A DNA stretch of 64,000 nucleotides from assembly GCA_009602735.1 (NCBI GenBank), contig WELA01003621.1, positions 62,001-126,000 of the forward strand, given 5' to 3'. The notes beneath the pieces were generated by a model. It ran no database searches. It saw nothing but the letters and a program-made list of their open reading frames with translations, and was not told where the DNA came from. This stretch comes from Mesotaenium endlicherianum (Eukaryota). The position numbers and the translations under genes are program-made. Shown piece by piece: positions 40,473 through 50,121 of the stretch (its first letter is position 1; each line of letters opens with the position of its first letter).

Positions 40473-41360
40473 TTATCTGCTTCCACCACCGGCAGGGCGA
40501 CGGTTACCCGGAACACGACGTTTGGGTTGTCCTTGTCCTCCTGCATCGGCGCTTCCACGCTGTCTGCCTCCGCGGCCAGATTCAGACTGGGCTTCCGCTT
40601 CGAGGCGACGGGCTTTTGCTTCATTTTCGTTATTGCTTTCTTCGGTTTCTTCTTCATCTTTAGAAGCCTGACGTTCTGCCAAACCTTCAGCGATAGCTGC
40701 TACGATATAGTTTACAACGATAGCGATAGACTTGGTGGCATCGTCGTTGGACGGAATAGAAAAGTCTACTTTATTGGGATCGCAGTTGGTATCAACCATA
40801 CCAAAAGTAGTAATACCCAGGCGCTTGGCTTCTGCCAGTGCAATATGCTCATGCCCGATGTCTACCAGGAACAAAGCAGCCGGCAGGCGACCCAGTTGAG
40901 CGATACCACCCAGTACTTTTTCCATTTTATCCTTATCGCGACTCAAAGTCAGACGCTCTTTCTTGGTGAGGCTGTCGGCGCTGCCATCTGCCAGCATTTT
41001 TTCAATGCTCTGCATTTTCTTAACGCTCTTACGAACCGTATTGAAGTTGGTAAGCATACCACCCAGCCAACGCTCGGTAGCATAAGGCATGTTCACACGC
41101 TTGGCACACTCGCTCACGATTTCTTTCGCCTGCTTTTTGGTAGCAATGAACATGATTTTCTTACCGCTTTTCGCAATCTGTTTAACAGCAGCGGCAGCTT
41201 CCTGCAGGTGATCCACTGTTTTATTCAGGTCGATGATGTGGATGCCTTTCTTCTCAGCGAAGATATAAGGCAACATCTTGGGATTCCACTTCTTTTTCAG
41301 GTGACCAAAGTGTACGCCGGCCTCCAGGAGTTGTTGTTGCAGTGAAGTGTTATTTTCCAT
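40473..41360 (-). CDS. rpsB: 30S ribosomal protein S2
   Basis: Motifs LLEAGVHFGH, RWLGGMLTN and DTNCDP. Confidence 0.98.
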   Translation of the reverse strand: MENNTSLQQQLLEAGVHFGHLKKKWNPKMLPYIFAEKKGIHIIDLNKTVDHLQEAAAAVKQIAKSGKKIMFIATKKQAKEIVSECAKRVNMPYATERWLGGMLTNFNTVRKSVKKMQSIEKMLADGSADSLTKKERLTLSRDKDKMEKVLGGIAQLGRLPAALFLVDIGHEHIALAEAKRLGITTFGMVDTNCDPNKVDFSIPSNDDATKSIAIVVNYIVAAIAEGLAERQASKDEEETEESNNENEAKARRLEAEAQSESGRGGRQRGSADAGGQGQPKRRVPGNRRPAGGGSR

Positions 41361-41411
41361 TGTATTGATTGTATAAGTTGTTATAATTTAATAATACACA
41401 GGAGCCAACGA

Positions 41412-41801
41412 TTAACGCTTGCTGAACTGGTAGCTTCTACGTGCTTTCTTGTGACCGAATTTCTTACGCTCAACACCACGGGGATCACGCTTCAGCTGAC
41501 CTTCTGCTTTCAGCGCAGGACGTAATTCAGCATTCACTTCCAGCAATGCGCGGGCAATACCCAGTTTGGCTGCTTCGGCCTGGCCTTTCAAACCACCACC
41601 GGTTGCATTGATCACCACATCGTACTTACCAAACACATCGGCAGTTTTCAGTGGAGCTTCCACCTGGTTCTGCAGGTATACCAGCGGAAAATATTCTTTA
41701 TAGTCCCTGTCATTTACAGTGATCTTACCCTCACCCTTGCTAATGAATACGCGGGTAACGGCTTCTTTACGGCGACCAACTGCGTTTTTTTGTTTTTCCA
41801 T
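41412..41801 (-). CDS. rpsI: 30S ribosomal protein S9
   Basis: Motifs GRRKEAV, GGGLKGQA and the C-terminal QFSKR. Confidence 0.98.
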   Translation of the reverse strand: MEKQKNAVGRRKEAVTRVFISKGEGKITVNDRDYKEYFPLVYLQNQVEAPLKTADVFGKYDVVINATGGGLKGQAEAAKLGIARALLEVNAELRPALKAEGQLKRDPRGVERKKFGHKKARRSYQFSKR

Positions 41802-41836
41802 TTATGTTGGAATTAAAGTGTTTTAAAACGGTTGAT

Positions 41837-42280
41837 TTAGAATTTAAATTCTTTGGGTTGCTGTGCAGTATGCGGATGGTTGGGGCCGGCATACACGAAC
41901 AGTTTCTTGATCATTTTGCGACCCAGGCGGTTCTTAGGCAGCATGCCTTTTACCGCTCTTTCCATGATCACTTCAGGACGACGCCTGATCAGGTCCTGGG
42001 CAGCTTCTTCTTTCTTACCACCGGGGTAGCCGGAGTAGTTGATGTATTGTTTGTCTTCGAACTTGTTACCGGTGAAGACTACTTTTTCTGCATTGATAAC
42101 AATGACATAATCCCCGCAATCTACGTGAGGTGTATAATACGCTTTGTTCTTACCGCGAAGAGCAGCAGCGATCTTGGATGCAATACGACCTACGGTTTGA
42201 TTAGTACCGTCAACCACGTACCAGTTGTGCTGCACGGTAGCCGCATTCGCATGCTTTGTAGTGAAATGAAGTTTACTCAT
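41837..42280 (-). CDS. rplM: 50S ribosomal protein L13
   Basis: Motifs WYVVDG, TPHVDCGD and GMLPKN. Confidence 0.98.
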   Translation of the reverse strand: MSKLHFTTKHANAATVQHNWYVVDGTNQTVGRIASKIAAALRGKNKAYYTPHVDCGDYVIVINAEKVVFTGNKFEDKQYINYSGYPGGKKEEAAQDLIRRRPEVIMERAVKGMLPKNRLGRKMIKKLFVYAGPNHPHTAQQPKEFKF

Positions 42281-42335
42281 AATCTTTACTTTTTTTGTTC
42301 AACCGGCGCTATCCCGACGGTTTTTAAATGGACGG

Positions 42336-42343
42336 CAAAGGTA
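42336..42343 (-). promoter_or_regulatory. -7 promoter element of the rplM operon
   Basis: TACCTTTG is an exact TAnnTTTG match 55 nt upstream of the rplM start. Confidence 0.7.
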
Positions 42344-42514
42344 CGGCCACAGCAACCGATTTTCCAAGGAATTTGCGAAGTATTTTAAATGAAATCTTTG
42401 CAAATGATTGATAATCAATAAAAAAATAGCGTCTCAAAAATCATCACGCCTATTTTACCCACTCCGCTACAGCCGAAGCACAGCTATTCATATTTGTAAC
42501 ATTATTTAATAGCC

Positions 42515-42551
42515 TTAAAAGTTGGCAAATTACCAACTTTTAATACCTTTG
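42515..42551 (+). promoter_or_regulatory. higBA promoter with palindromic operator
   Basis: Perfect 11 bp inverted repeat ttaaaagttgg-N7-ccaacttttaa (42515-42543) abutting TACCTTTG (42544-42551). Confidence 0.75.
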
Positions 42552-42594
42552 CTTTATGATCGTAAGCAAGGGTGCAGGTACAAAACCATTGCTT

Positions 42595-42888
42595 ATGCTT
42601 ATTATCAACGGAAGGCTACTGGATTCGTTTGCCCTTGCCCATGCTTCTACAAGAAAAAGTCTGGCAGCATGGAGAAAAGCAACCAAAGAAGCTTCCTGGA
42701 AAAAGAAACAGGATATACTTTTTTCTTTTCCCAATGCAAAAGTCCTGGGCAATAACAGGGCAAGATTCGAGATACAACACAATAAATACCGTCTGATTGC
42801 CGAAGTGTTTTATGAAGATGGATTGGTGGAAGTAAGGTTCATCGGCACGCATACGGAATATGATAAGATCGATCCTTTAACTGTATAA
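42595..42888 (+). CDS. higB: HigB-family mRNA interferase toxin
   Basis: Motifs FEIQHNKYRLI and RFIGTHTEYDKID. Start at MLIING fits family length; 42556 is an alternative. Confidence 0.9.
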   Translation: MLIINGRLLDSFALAHASTRKSLAAWRKATKEASWKKKQDILFSFPNAKVLGNNRARFEIQHNKYRLIAEVFYEDGLVEVRFIGTHTEYDKIDPLTV

Positions 42889-42898
42889 ATATTGAATT

Positions 42899-43270
42899 AT
42901 GTCAGATTGGTTCTTTATCGAAAACGAATCCGAGTATCAAAAAGCGATGGAGCGTTTTCAGGAAATTAAATACGCCGAAAAAGGCAGTATGGAGTACAGG
43001 GAGAAAATGTTACTGGCTCACCTCATCGACCGTTATGAAGACAAAACATCTTCGCTCCCCGAATTAGACCCCATCGAATTCATTAAAATTCGAATGGAAG
43101 ATTTTGGCTATAAAGCCACTGATCTTGCCAGAGCATACGGAGACAAAGGCACCGTTAGCAAGGTGTTGAATTATAAACAACCGCTTTCCTTAACGATGAT
43201 CCGGAAATTTAGTGAGATATTGCACATCCCTGTTGAAGCGTTGATCAAAGAATATAAACTTCAATCCTAG
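42899..43270 (+). CDS. higA: HigA-family HTH antitoxin
   Basis: Segments IENESEYQKA, DPIEFIKIRME and VSKVLNYKQPLSLTMIR. Confidence 0.9.
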   Translation: MSDWFFIENESEYQKAMERFQEIKYAEKGSMEYREKMLLAHLIDRYEDKTSSLPELDPIEFIKIRMEDFGYKATDLARAYGDKGTVSKVLNYKQPLSLTMIRKFSEILHIPVEALIKEYKLQS

Positions 43271-43274
43271 CATT

Positions 43275-44459
43275 TTGGCATTCAGAAAACTCCAGGCAAC
43301 ACATCTTTTTACCGGATCGGAGATGCGCGGTAATGATGCTGTACTGGTCATCGATGAAACCGGGGTTGTTAAAGATCTGGTATCCCTGGCAGATGCCGGT
43401 GACAACATTGAATCTTATAAAGGCATCCTCTCGCCGGGATTTATCAATTGTCATTGCCACCTGGAGCTCAGTCACATGAAGGGTTTGATACCCGAACAAA
43501 CAGGACTGGTCGATTTTGTTTTCCATGTAATCACCCAACGGCATTTCCCTGATGCTGAAATACTGGAACATATTACCCGTGCAGAAGATGAAATGCTGCA
43601 AAATGGTATTGTAGCAGTGGGGGATATCTGTAACAATACACTCACCATTCTGCAAAAACAGTTACAGCGACTGGCATATTATAATTTCATTGAAGTAAGC
43701 GGCTGGCTTCCCGCTCTGGCAGAGCAAAGGTTCCAACGGTCTTTCGGGTATTACCAGGAATTCAAAAACCTGAACGCCTGTAATCCCCGTTCGCTCTCCC
43801 CACATGCCCCTTATTCGGTTTCCGAAGAATTGTGGCATTTGTTACAACCTCATTTCAACAATAAAACCATCACCATACATAACCAGGAAACGGCTTTCGA
43901 AGATGAACTGTTCGAAAAAGGCAGCGGCGGTTTCTCCCGTATGTATGAAATAATGCAATTGGATACCTCTTTCTTTAAACCCACTGGCAAGACCAGTCTG
44001 CAATCTTATTACAGCCAGTTATCGAATGCCCGACAAGTACTCCTCGTTCACAATACATTCACTAAAAAGCCCGATCTGTTATTTGCTAAAAGCCAGGCAA
44101 TCGCTAACAGGCAGACCCTGTTTCATTGCCTCTGCATCAATGCAAACCGTTATATCGAAAACAGCATTCCTCCGGTTCAGCTCCTGCGCGACTGCGATTG
44201 TACCATCGTGGTGGGCACAGACAGCCTGGCCAGTAACCACAGTCTGAACATTCTTGCAGAACTTCAATCGATCACTAAATATTTTCCCCAGGTGCCGCTC
44301 AACGAATTATTACGATGGGCAACCCTCAACGGCGCAAAAGCATTGCAGATGGAAGATGAACTGGGAAGCTTTGCCAAAGGCAAGAGGCCGGGCGTTGTAT
44401 TACTCGAGGGTAGTGATGGGAAGATCAATGAAGCTACTACTGTTCGGAGGATATTATAG
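43275..44459 (+). CDS. Metal-dependent amidohydrolase (MTA/SAH or futalosine deaminase-like)
   Basis: Motifs PGFINCHCHLELS, PHAPYS, HNQE and GTDSLASN; TTG start. Confidence 0.85.
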   Translation: MAFRKLQATHLFTGSEMRGNDAVLVIDETGVVKDLVSLADAGDNIESYKGILSPGFINCHCHLELSHMKGLIPEQTGLVDFVFHVITQRHFPDAEILEHITRAEDEMLQNGIVAVGDICNNTLTILQKQLQRLAYYNFIEVSGWLPALAEQRFQRSFGYYQEFKNLNACNPRSLSPHAPYSVSEELWHLLQPHFNNKTITIHNQETAFEDELFEKGSGGFSRMYEIMQLDTSFFKPTGKTSLQSYYSQLSNARQVLLVHNTFTKKPDLLFAKSQAIANRQTLFHCLCINANRYIENSIPPVQLLRDCDCTIVVGTDSLASNHSLNILAELQSITKYFPQVPLNELLRWATLNGAKALQMEDELGSFAKGKRPGVVLLEGSDGKINEATTVRRIL

Positions 44460-44460
44460 G

Positions 44461-44529
44461 AGTTGATAGTTGTTAGTTGTTAGAAAAGACATCCTCTGAC
44501 AACTAACAACTATCAACTGACAACTAACT
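44461..44529. repeat. Heptamer-repeat hairpin between convergent genes
   Basis: (agttgWt)x3-aga / tctgacaact-aacaact-atcaact forms a 24 bp stem with one G-U pair and a 10 nt loop; an extra unit reaches the recO stop. Confidence 0.85.
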
Positions 44530-45261
44530 CAACACTTCCTGTAAAACACCCAGACTCCTCATTTCACCAAAATCAGCTACATGCAGTGCGATATAGGTTT
44601 GAAACGCTTGTAAAAGTTCCCGTCTTATTTGCCTGTTCAACGATATATGATCAAGATCATTGTAAAACTGTAACGATAACAATTGACCGGCTACCTCGGC
44701 CAACCGGCTTTCTATGTAATAAGGATGTGCAGGTTTTTCCCGGATAAAAATTCCTTCCTGTAAATCAAGCACCGGTGTTTGTGCATGATAAGTGCCCTGC
44801 ATCTGGAATCCCAGTTCGCTTCCCAGGTGGAGAATGAAATACAGTGGCAGATTGGCTACCAGTGTGTCTGATCCTTTGTCGAGTTGTTTAAGTGTATCTT
44901 CTATCAGGTAGAATAATTCCGGGTTGGCTTCCGGTTGTTTGAGGCTGTGCTGCAGTAATTCTATCACGTACATGGCAACTGCATTCCGCACCACATCGAA
45001 CAATAATCTCTCGTAGAGATAAGCCCACTGGAACTCTTTTACAAACTGTAATTGTTTGAGTTCGTTGTGATACACTTCCATCTCCAGTATGGCTGCCGGC
45101 TGAAAATAAACTGCTTTGCCCGCTGAGGTCTTGCTGCTTTGCCTCACCCCTTTTACAATATAACTCTGCACCCCAAACAATTCGGTATATACCGTGGTAA
45201 TGACGCTTGTATCGCCATATTTTACGGTACGCAACACAATGCCTTTGGTAGCATGTATCAT
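44524..45261 (-). CDS. recO: DNA repair protein RecO
   Basis: N-terminal TKGIVLRTVKYGDTSVI...YTELFG and C-terminal SLGVLQEV pattern. Confidence 0.92.
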   Translation of the reverse strand: MIHATKGIVLRTVKYGDTSVITTVYTELFGVQSYIVKGVRQSSKTSAGKAVYFQPAAILEMEVYHNELKQLQFVKEFQWAYLYERLLFDVVRNAVAMYVIELLQHSLKQPEANPELFYLIEDTLKQLDKGSDTLVANLPLYFILHLGSELGFQMQGTYHAQTPVLDLQEGIFIREKPAHPYYIESRLAEVAGQLLSLQFYNDLDHISLNRQIRRELLQAFQTYIALHVADFGEMRSLGVLQEVLS

Positions 45262-45266
45262 AGGCT

Positions 45267-46298
45267 TCAGATCGCCCCGGTAAACTGCTTCAGGAAGCGC
45301 AGGTCGTTCTGGGAGTAAAGGCGCAGGTCGTTCACCTGGTATTTCAACTGGGTAATCCTTTCCACACCCATTCCAAAAGCAAAACCGGTGTATTTATTCG
45401 GATCGATACCAAAATTCTCGAGCACTTTCGGATGCACCATACCACTGCCCAATATCTCTACCCAGCCGGTATGTTTGCAAATATTACATCCGTCACCACC
45501 ACAGATCAGACAGCTGATGTCCATTTCGGCGCTGGGTTCAGTAAAAGGAAAATAACTTGGCCGGAAACGCACTTTCACATCCTTCCCAAACATTTCCTGC
45601 ACAAAAAAGTAAAGTGTTTGTTTGAGGTCGGCAAAGCTTACATTCTCATCGATATACAAACCTTCTACCTGGTGGAAGAAGCAATGTGCGCGGGCACTGA
45701 CCGTTTCATTACGATACACCCTGCCCGGACATATCACACGGATGGGCGGTTTTTGTTTTTCCATTACCCTTGCCTGCACACTACTGGTATGGGTACGCAA
45801 CAACCAGTCGGGATTGCGGCTGATGTAAAAAGTGTCCTGCATATCCCTGGCCGGATGGTCTTCCGGCAGGTTCATCGCGCCGAAATTATGCCAGTCGTCT
45901 TCTATCTCAGGCCCTTCGGCCACAGCAAAACCTAATCTTTTAAAAATGGATACGATCTGGTTCCGCACCAGGCTGAGCGGATGGCGTGAACCTATGGCAA
46001 CAGGATCTCCGGGTAATGACCAGTCGATCTGGTTACCATGTGCATGGTCTTCCTGCGCACCCAGGGATTTCAGCGTTTCGTAACGTGTTTCAGCAAACTG
46101 CTTGAATTCGTTCAATACCAGTCCGAATGCCTTTTTCTGTTCATTCGGCACATTCTTCATTTCACCCATCACTTCTTTTACCAGCCCCTTGGTTCCCAGG
46201 TATTTGATGCGAAAAGCTTCCACCGCTTCGGCAGTCGAAGCCTCATACGCGGCCATTTCCTGCTTGTACGCCTCTATCTGTTGCACTAATTGTTCCAT
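45267..46298 (-). CDS. pheS: Phenylalanine-tRNA ligase alpha subunit
   Basis: Motifs HPARDMQDTF, LRTHTS, FHQVEG and FPFTEPS. Confidence 0.98.
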   Translation of the reverse strand: MEQLVQQIEAYKQEMAAYEASTAEAVEAFRIKYLGTKGLVKEVMGEMKNVPNEQKKAFGLVLNEFKQFAETRYETLKSLGAQEDHAHGNQIDWSLPGDPVAIGSRHPLSLVRNQIVSIFKRLGFAVAEGPEIEDDWHNFGAMNLPEDHPARDMQDTFYISRNPDWLLRTHTSSVQARVMEKQKPPIRVICPGRVYRNETVSARAHCFFHQVEGLYIDENVSFADLKQTLYFFVQEMFGKDVKVRFRPSYFPFTEPSAEMDISCLICGGDGCNICKHTGWVEILGSGMVHPKVLENFGIDPNKYTGFAFGMGVERITQLKYQVNDLRLYSQNDLRFLKQFTGAI

Positions 46299-46356
46299 GG
46301 GAACGAAGATAGAGATAAAATAAATGAGTACATTTGCTTTGAAGAACGAACATTAC

Positions 46357-47073
46357 ATGGAATATAATACCAGCAGGAATTACCTGGGCATGAAGGAATA
46401 TGGTCGCCACGTGCAGAAGATGGTGGAATACCTGCTTACCATAGAAGACCGCGAAAAAAGACAGCGACAGGCACAGTCGGTGATTGAATTGATGGGATTT
46501 CTCAACCCGCACCTGAAAAACGTAGATGATTTCAAGCACATGTTGTGGGACCATCTTTTTTTCATCAGCGATTTCAGCCTGGATGTAGACAGTCCTTACC
46601 CCATCCCCCAAAGAGAGACGTACAAGCAAAAACCCGATCCGCTTCCTTACCCGAAGCGTAATCCCCGATATGCCCACCTGGGTAAAAACCTGGAAATGGT
46701 CATCGATAAAGCGTTAAAACAGGAAGACGCTGAAAAGAAAGCAGGTTTTGCCCATGCCATTGCCTATTACATGAAACTGGCTTACAGCAACTGGCATAAA
46801 GAACTGGTGCACGACGATGCCATCCGCAGCGAGTTGAACAATATCACCGGAGGTGAGCTGGAATTCAGCAACACCCCTTTTATCAAACACCGCAACCAGA
46901 ATTTCGAGCGTGATGATTACGGTACCGGAAACCGCGGTCGCTGGCAACAGAATTTTGGCGGCAGAAACAACCGCAACAACCGGAATAATAATAATAACAA
47001 CAACAACAACCGCAACAATAACGGAAACCGGAATAACAATAAGAACCGGCAGTTCAAAAAGCGGTTCAATTAA
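46357..47073 (+). CDS. DUF4290 family protein with Asn/Arg-rich tail
   Basis: MEYNT...EYGRHVQKMV...KHMLWDHL pattern. TACATTTG at 46329-46336 supports the start at 46357. Confidence 0.85.
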   Translation: MEYNTSRNYLGMKEYGRHVQKMVEYLLTIEDREKRQRQAQSVIELMGFLNPHLKNVDDFKHMLWDHLFFISDFSLDVDSPYPIPQRETYKQKPDPLPYPKRNPRYAHLGKNLEMVIDKALKQEDAEKKAGFAHAIAYYMKLAYSNWHKELVHDDAIRSELNNITGGELEFSNTPFIKHRNQNFERDDYGTGNRGRWQQNFGGRNNRNNRNNNNNNNNNRNNNGNRNNNKNRQFKKRFN

Positions 47074-47119
47074 TGTAATAGTTGCTCCATAGGCAATGGC
47101 TCAATAACAACTTAACTAC

Positions 47120-48430
47120 ATGAGTTCCTTCGAAGTAAGGGGAGGCAAACAACTGAAAGGAGAAATTGTTCCGCAAGGGGCAAAAAACGAAGCATTACAA
47201 ATCCTGTCGGCAGTGTTGCTGACCGCTGAACCCGTTACCATTGCCAATATACCCGATATACTGGATGTTAATTTGCTCATTGAACTGCTCGATGAGATCG
47301 GCGTTAAAATTTCCCGCAGCAACAGGCATACCTGCACCTTCCAGGCCGACCAGATAGACGCAGATTACCTGGCTTCCGATGACTTCAGGAAAAAAGGCGG
47401 CCGCCTTCGTGGAAGCGTAATGCTCGCGGGGCCTATGTTAGCCAGGTTTGGCAAAGCCTATATACCCAAGCCGGGCGGCGATAAGATCGGGCGCAGAAGA
47501 CTGGATACGCATATCATTGGTTTTGAAAAACTGGGTGCGCGATTTGAATACGATGAATTACACAGTTGCTTCAAATTGAGTTCTCCGCGTTTACGTGGTG
47601 CATATATGTTGTTGGATGAACCTTCTGTTACCGGCACTGCCAACATCATCATGGCAGCCGTATTGGCTGAAGGCATTACTACTATTTATAATGCTGCCTG
47701 TGAACCTTATGTGCAGCAACTGTGTCAAATGCTCAATCGCATGGGTGCATGCATCCGTGGCATCGGCAGCAATCTCCTCACCATCGAAGGAGTAACGAAG
47801 CTCGGCGGCACTACGCACCGCATGTTGCCCGATATGATCGAAATAGGCAGCTTTATTGGGCTGGCGGCCATGACGCAAAGCGAGATCACCATCAAGAATG
47901 CCGGCGTGGAACATCTTGGTGTTATCCCTGAAAAATTCCAGCAGTTGGGCATTCAGTTTCAAATAAAAGGCGATGATATTTATATCCCTTCGCAAGACGT
48001 TTACGAGATACAAACATTCATGGATGGAGGCATCCTCACGATATACGACCATCCCTGGCCCGGATTTACGCCCGACCTGTTGAGTATTGTACTCGTAGTA
48101 GCTACACAGGCAAGAGGCAGTGTGCTCATTCACCAGAAAATGTTCGAAAGCCGTTTGTTCTTTACCGATAAACTGATCGATATGGGCGCGCAGATCATCC
48201 TCTGCGATCCGCACCGCGCCACCGTTATTGGCCTTGGCAGAAAACAGAACCTGCGGGGTATTACCATGACCAGTCCCGATATCCGCGCAGGACAAGCCCT
48301 CCTCATTGCCGCATTGAGCGCCGAAGGCAAAAGCATCATCCAGAACATTGAACAAATCGACCGCGGATACCAGTACATTGACGAAAGGCTCAGGAGCCTT
48401 GGAGCTGATATAAAGAGAGTTGTTAGTTGA
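47120..48430 (+). CDS. murA: UDP-N-acetylglucosamine 1-carboxyvinyltransferase (Asp at the usual Cys position)
   Basis: Motifs GAKNEAL, PGGDKIGRR, SVTGTANI, PGFTPD and IDRGY. Confidence 0.97.
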   Translation: MSSFEVRGGKQLKGEIVPQGAKNEALQILSAVLLTAEPVTIANIPDILDVNLLIELLDEIGVKISRSNRHTCTFQADQIDADYLASDDFRKKGGRLRGSVMLAGPMLARFGKAYIPKPGGDKIGRRRLDTHIIGFEKLGARFEYDELHSCFKLSSPRLRGAYMLLDEPSVTGTANIIMAAVLAEGITTIYNAACEPYVQQLCQMLNRMGACIRGIGSNLLTIEGVTKLGGTTHRMLPDMIEIGSFIGLAAMTQSEITIKNAGVEHLGVIPEKFQQLGIQFQIKGDDIYIPSQDVYEIQTFMDGGILTIYDHPWPGFTPDLLSIVLVVATQARGSVLIHQKMFESRLFFTDKLIDMGAQIILCDPHRATVIGLGRKQNLRGITMTSPDIRAGQALLIAALSAEGKSIIQNIEQIDRGYQYIDERLRSLGADIKRVVS

Positions 48431-48476
48431 TAGATGTCAGTTGTGAGAATAAAACACCTTCTGACAACTAACAACT
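48418..48476. repeat. Second heptamer-repeat hairpin, between murA and the S10 peptidase
   Basis: agttgtt agttgat agatgtc agttgtg agaa ... ttctgacaactaacaact; same family as 44461. Confidence 0.75.
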
Positions 48477-50007
48477 AATATTTAGCTGCTTGTCCCGGCT
48501 TAGGAGTAGATTGCTTAATAAATTCACGAAGGCGTTCATTGCTCGTAGCCAGGTCTTCCTTGCGCAGGTACATCATGTGTCCGCTGCGGTAACCTTCCCA
48601 ACTCATACGGTCTTTCAGTTTGCCGCTGGGGTCCATCTGCCACATGCTGTATTTCGCATTGAAATAATCACAAGCCCCATCATAGTAACCCGATTGTACC
48701 AATAAATGCAGGTAAGGGTTTTCGGCCATCGCCTGGCGCAGGTTCTCACCCGTTTTGTCATTACTACCATCCCAGGGATGAACGGGACCAAACATATAAT
48801 AGTCCAGATCAGTCTTGTAGTTTAATTCTTCTCTCAGGTACATATTGATAGCCGGAGTGAATGAATGTAACCAGGATGTGAGCTCTGCGTTATAATCGGG
48901 ATAATCGCCTGCGTTTTTGCGGTCGATCCCCAGGTAGCGCGAATCGAGACGACCAACAGTCTGCCCCTTGCTGCGCAACAATTCTTTCCAGAAATAGCCT
49001 GCAGGAACATCAAGATTCTGATCCAATACCTGTTGTACTCCTATCCCGGAATAGCGGGCAACTTTTTCGGCAATCTCTTTTTTCTTGTTCTCCGTTAAAG
49101 AGCCGCCGAGCGCAAGTGCAGGAATGAATTCATCCACCGTAAATTTTTCTACTTCAGGCAAAACAGCGGTCAGGTCTTTTTGTTGCAGATCAGACGCCAG
49201 CGCTTTATGATACCAGGCCGTTGCCGCGAAATAAGGTAATCGCAATGCGGCGCTCAATGGCCCGTCTCTCTCGATACCCAATGTAGTAGGCGACACCAGT
49301 ATAACCCCGTTCAGGTAAATCCAGTGGGCATTCTGTAATTCCAGCGATAGTCCGGATACACGGGTAGTACCATAACTTTCCCCAATAAGGTATTTGGGTG
49401 AAGCCCAACGTTTATAACGGCTGATAAAAGTGTTGATCCAGTCGGCCAGGTATTTGATATCGGCATTGACACCAAAAAACTTGGACGTAGGCACATCTTT
49501 CGACAAAGGCCTGGAGAAGCCGGTATTTACAGGGTCTACGTAAACAATATCTGCAACATCCAGGATCGAATTCGGGTTATCCTTGAGACCATAAGGTTGT
49601 ACAGGATTGCCTTCGTCATCAACCTTGAGTATCCGCGGTCCGGTATACCCGATTTGCATCCACACAGAAGCGGTTCCAGGGCCTCCGTTGAAAGAGATCA
49701 TGAGGGGTCTTGCTGAACGATCGCTCACATCGGACCGCTCATAGTAAGTATAGAAAATACCAGCAATGGGCTTTCCCTCTTCATCCCATACCGGCAGGGT
49801 GCCGGCAACTACTTTATAAGGCACTCGCTGTCCCTTGATCGTAATTTCGTTTTTGGTAACAACAGACGATTCAACCTCAACCGCCCTTTTATGGGCATTC
49901 TGCTGTTTATCGTTTTTGGAAGTGGTATCGGCTGCCGCAGGCTTCTGAGCCTGAACACTGGCAAGGCAAGTAATCAGCAATAGCAATGACAGTAATATTC
50001 TCTTCAT
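48475..50007 (-). CDS. Exported S10 family serine carboxypeptidase
   Basis: Signal peptide and motifs FNGGPG, GESYG, GYYD and GHMMY. Confidence 0.92.
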   Translation of the reverse strand: MKRILLSLLLLITCLASVQAQKPAAADTTSKNDKQQNAHKRAVEVESSVVTKNEITIKGQRVPYKVVAGTLPVWDEEGKPIAGIFYTYYERSDVSDRSARPLMISFNGGPGTASVWMQIGYTGPRILKVDDEGNPVQPYGLKDNPNSILDVADIVYVDPVNTGFSRPLSKDVPTSKFFGVNADIKYLADWINTFISRYKRWASPKYLIGESYGTTRVSGLSLELQNAHWIYLNGVILVSPTTLGIERDGPLSAALRLPYFAATAWYHKALASDLQQKDLTAVLPEVEKFTVDEFIPALALGGSLTENKKKEIAEKVARYSGIGVQQVLDQNLDVPAGYFWKELLRSKGQTVGRLDSRYLGIDRKNAGDYPDYNAELTSWLHSFTPAINMYLREELNYKTDLDYYMFGPVHPWDGSNDKTGENLRQAMAENPYLHLLVQSGYYDGACDYFNAKYSMWQMDPSGKLKDRMSWEGYRSGHMMYLRKEDLATSNERLREFIKQSTPKPGQAAKY

Positions 50008-50072
50008 GTTAGTTCTTGTTAGTTCCCGCGAGTTGATTCAACGGACACTAAAAATAGGAAAATATTACATAA

Positions 50073-50097
50073 CAAAGGAGCCAGTTGGGCTCCTTTG
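50073..50097 (-). terminator. Terminator-like hairpin after the GH109 gene
   Basis: caaaggagcc-agttg-ggctcctttg. Confidence 0.65.
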
Positions 50098-50121
50098 CTT
50101 ACATCGTTACAACATATCCTG

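Noticed and set aside
42281..42335. Named L13 ribosomal leader RNA
   Set aside because: A small AACCG...CGGTT stem is present, but I cannot match it to a family without a covariance model search.
44461..48476. CRISPR array from the repeated gttg/caac units
   Set aside because: Units are 7 nt tandem repeats forming hairpins, with no spacers and no cas genes.
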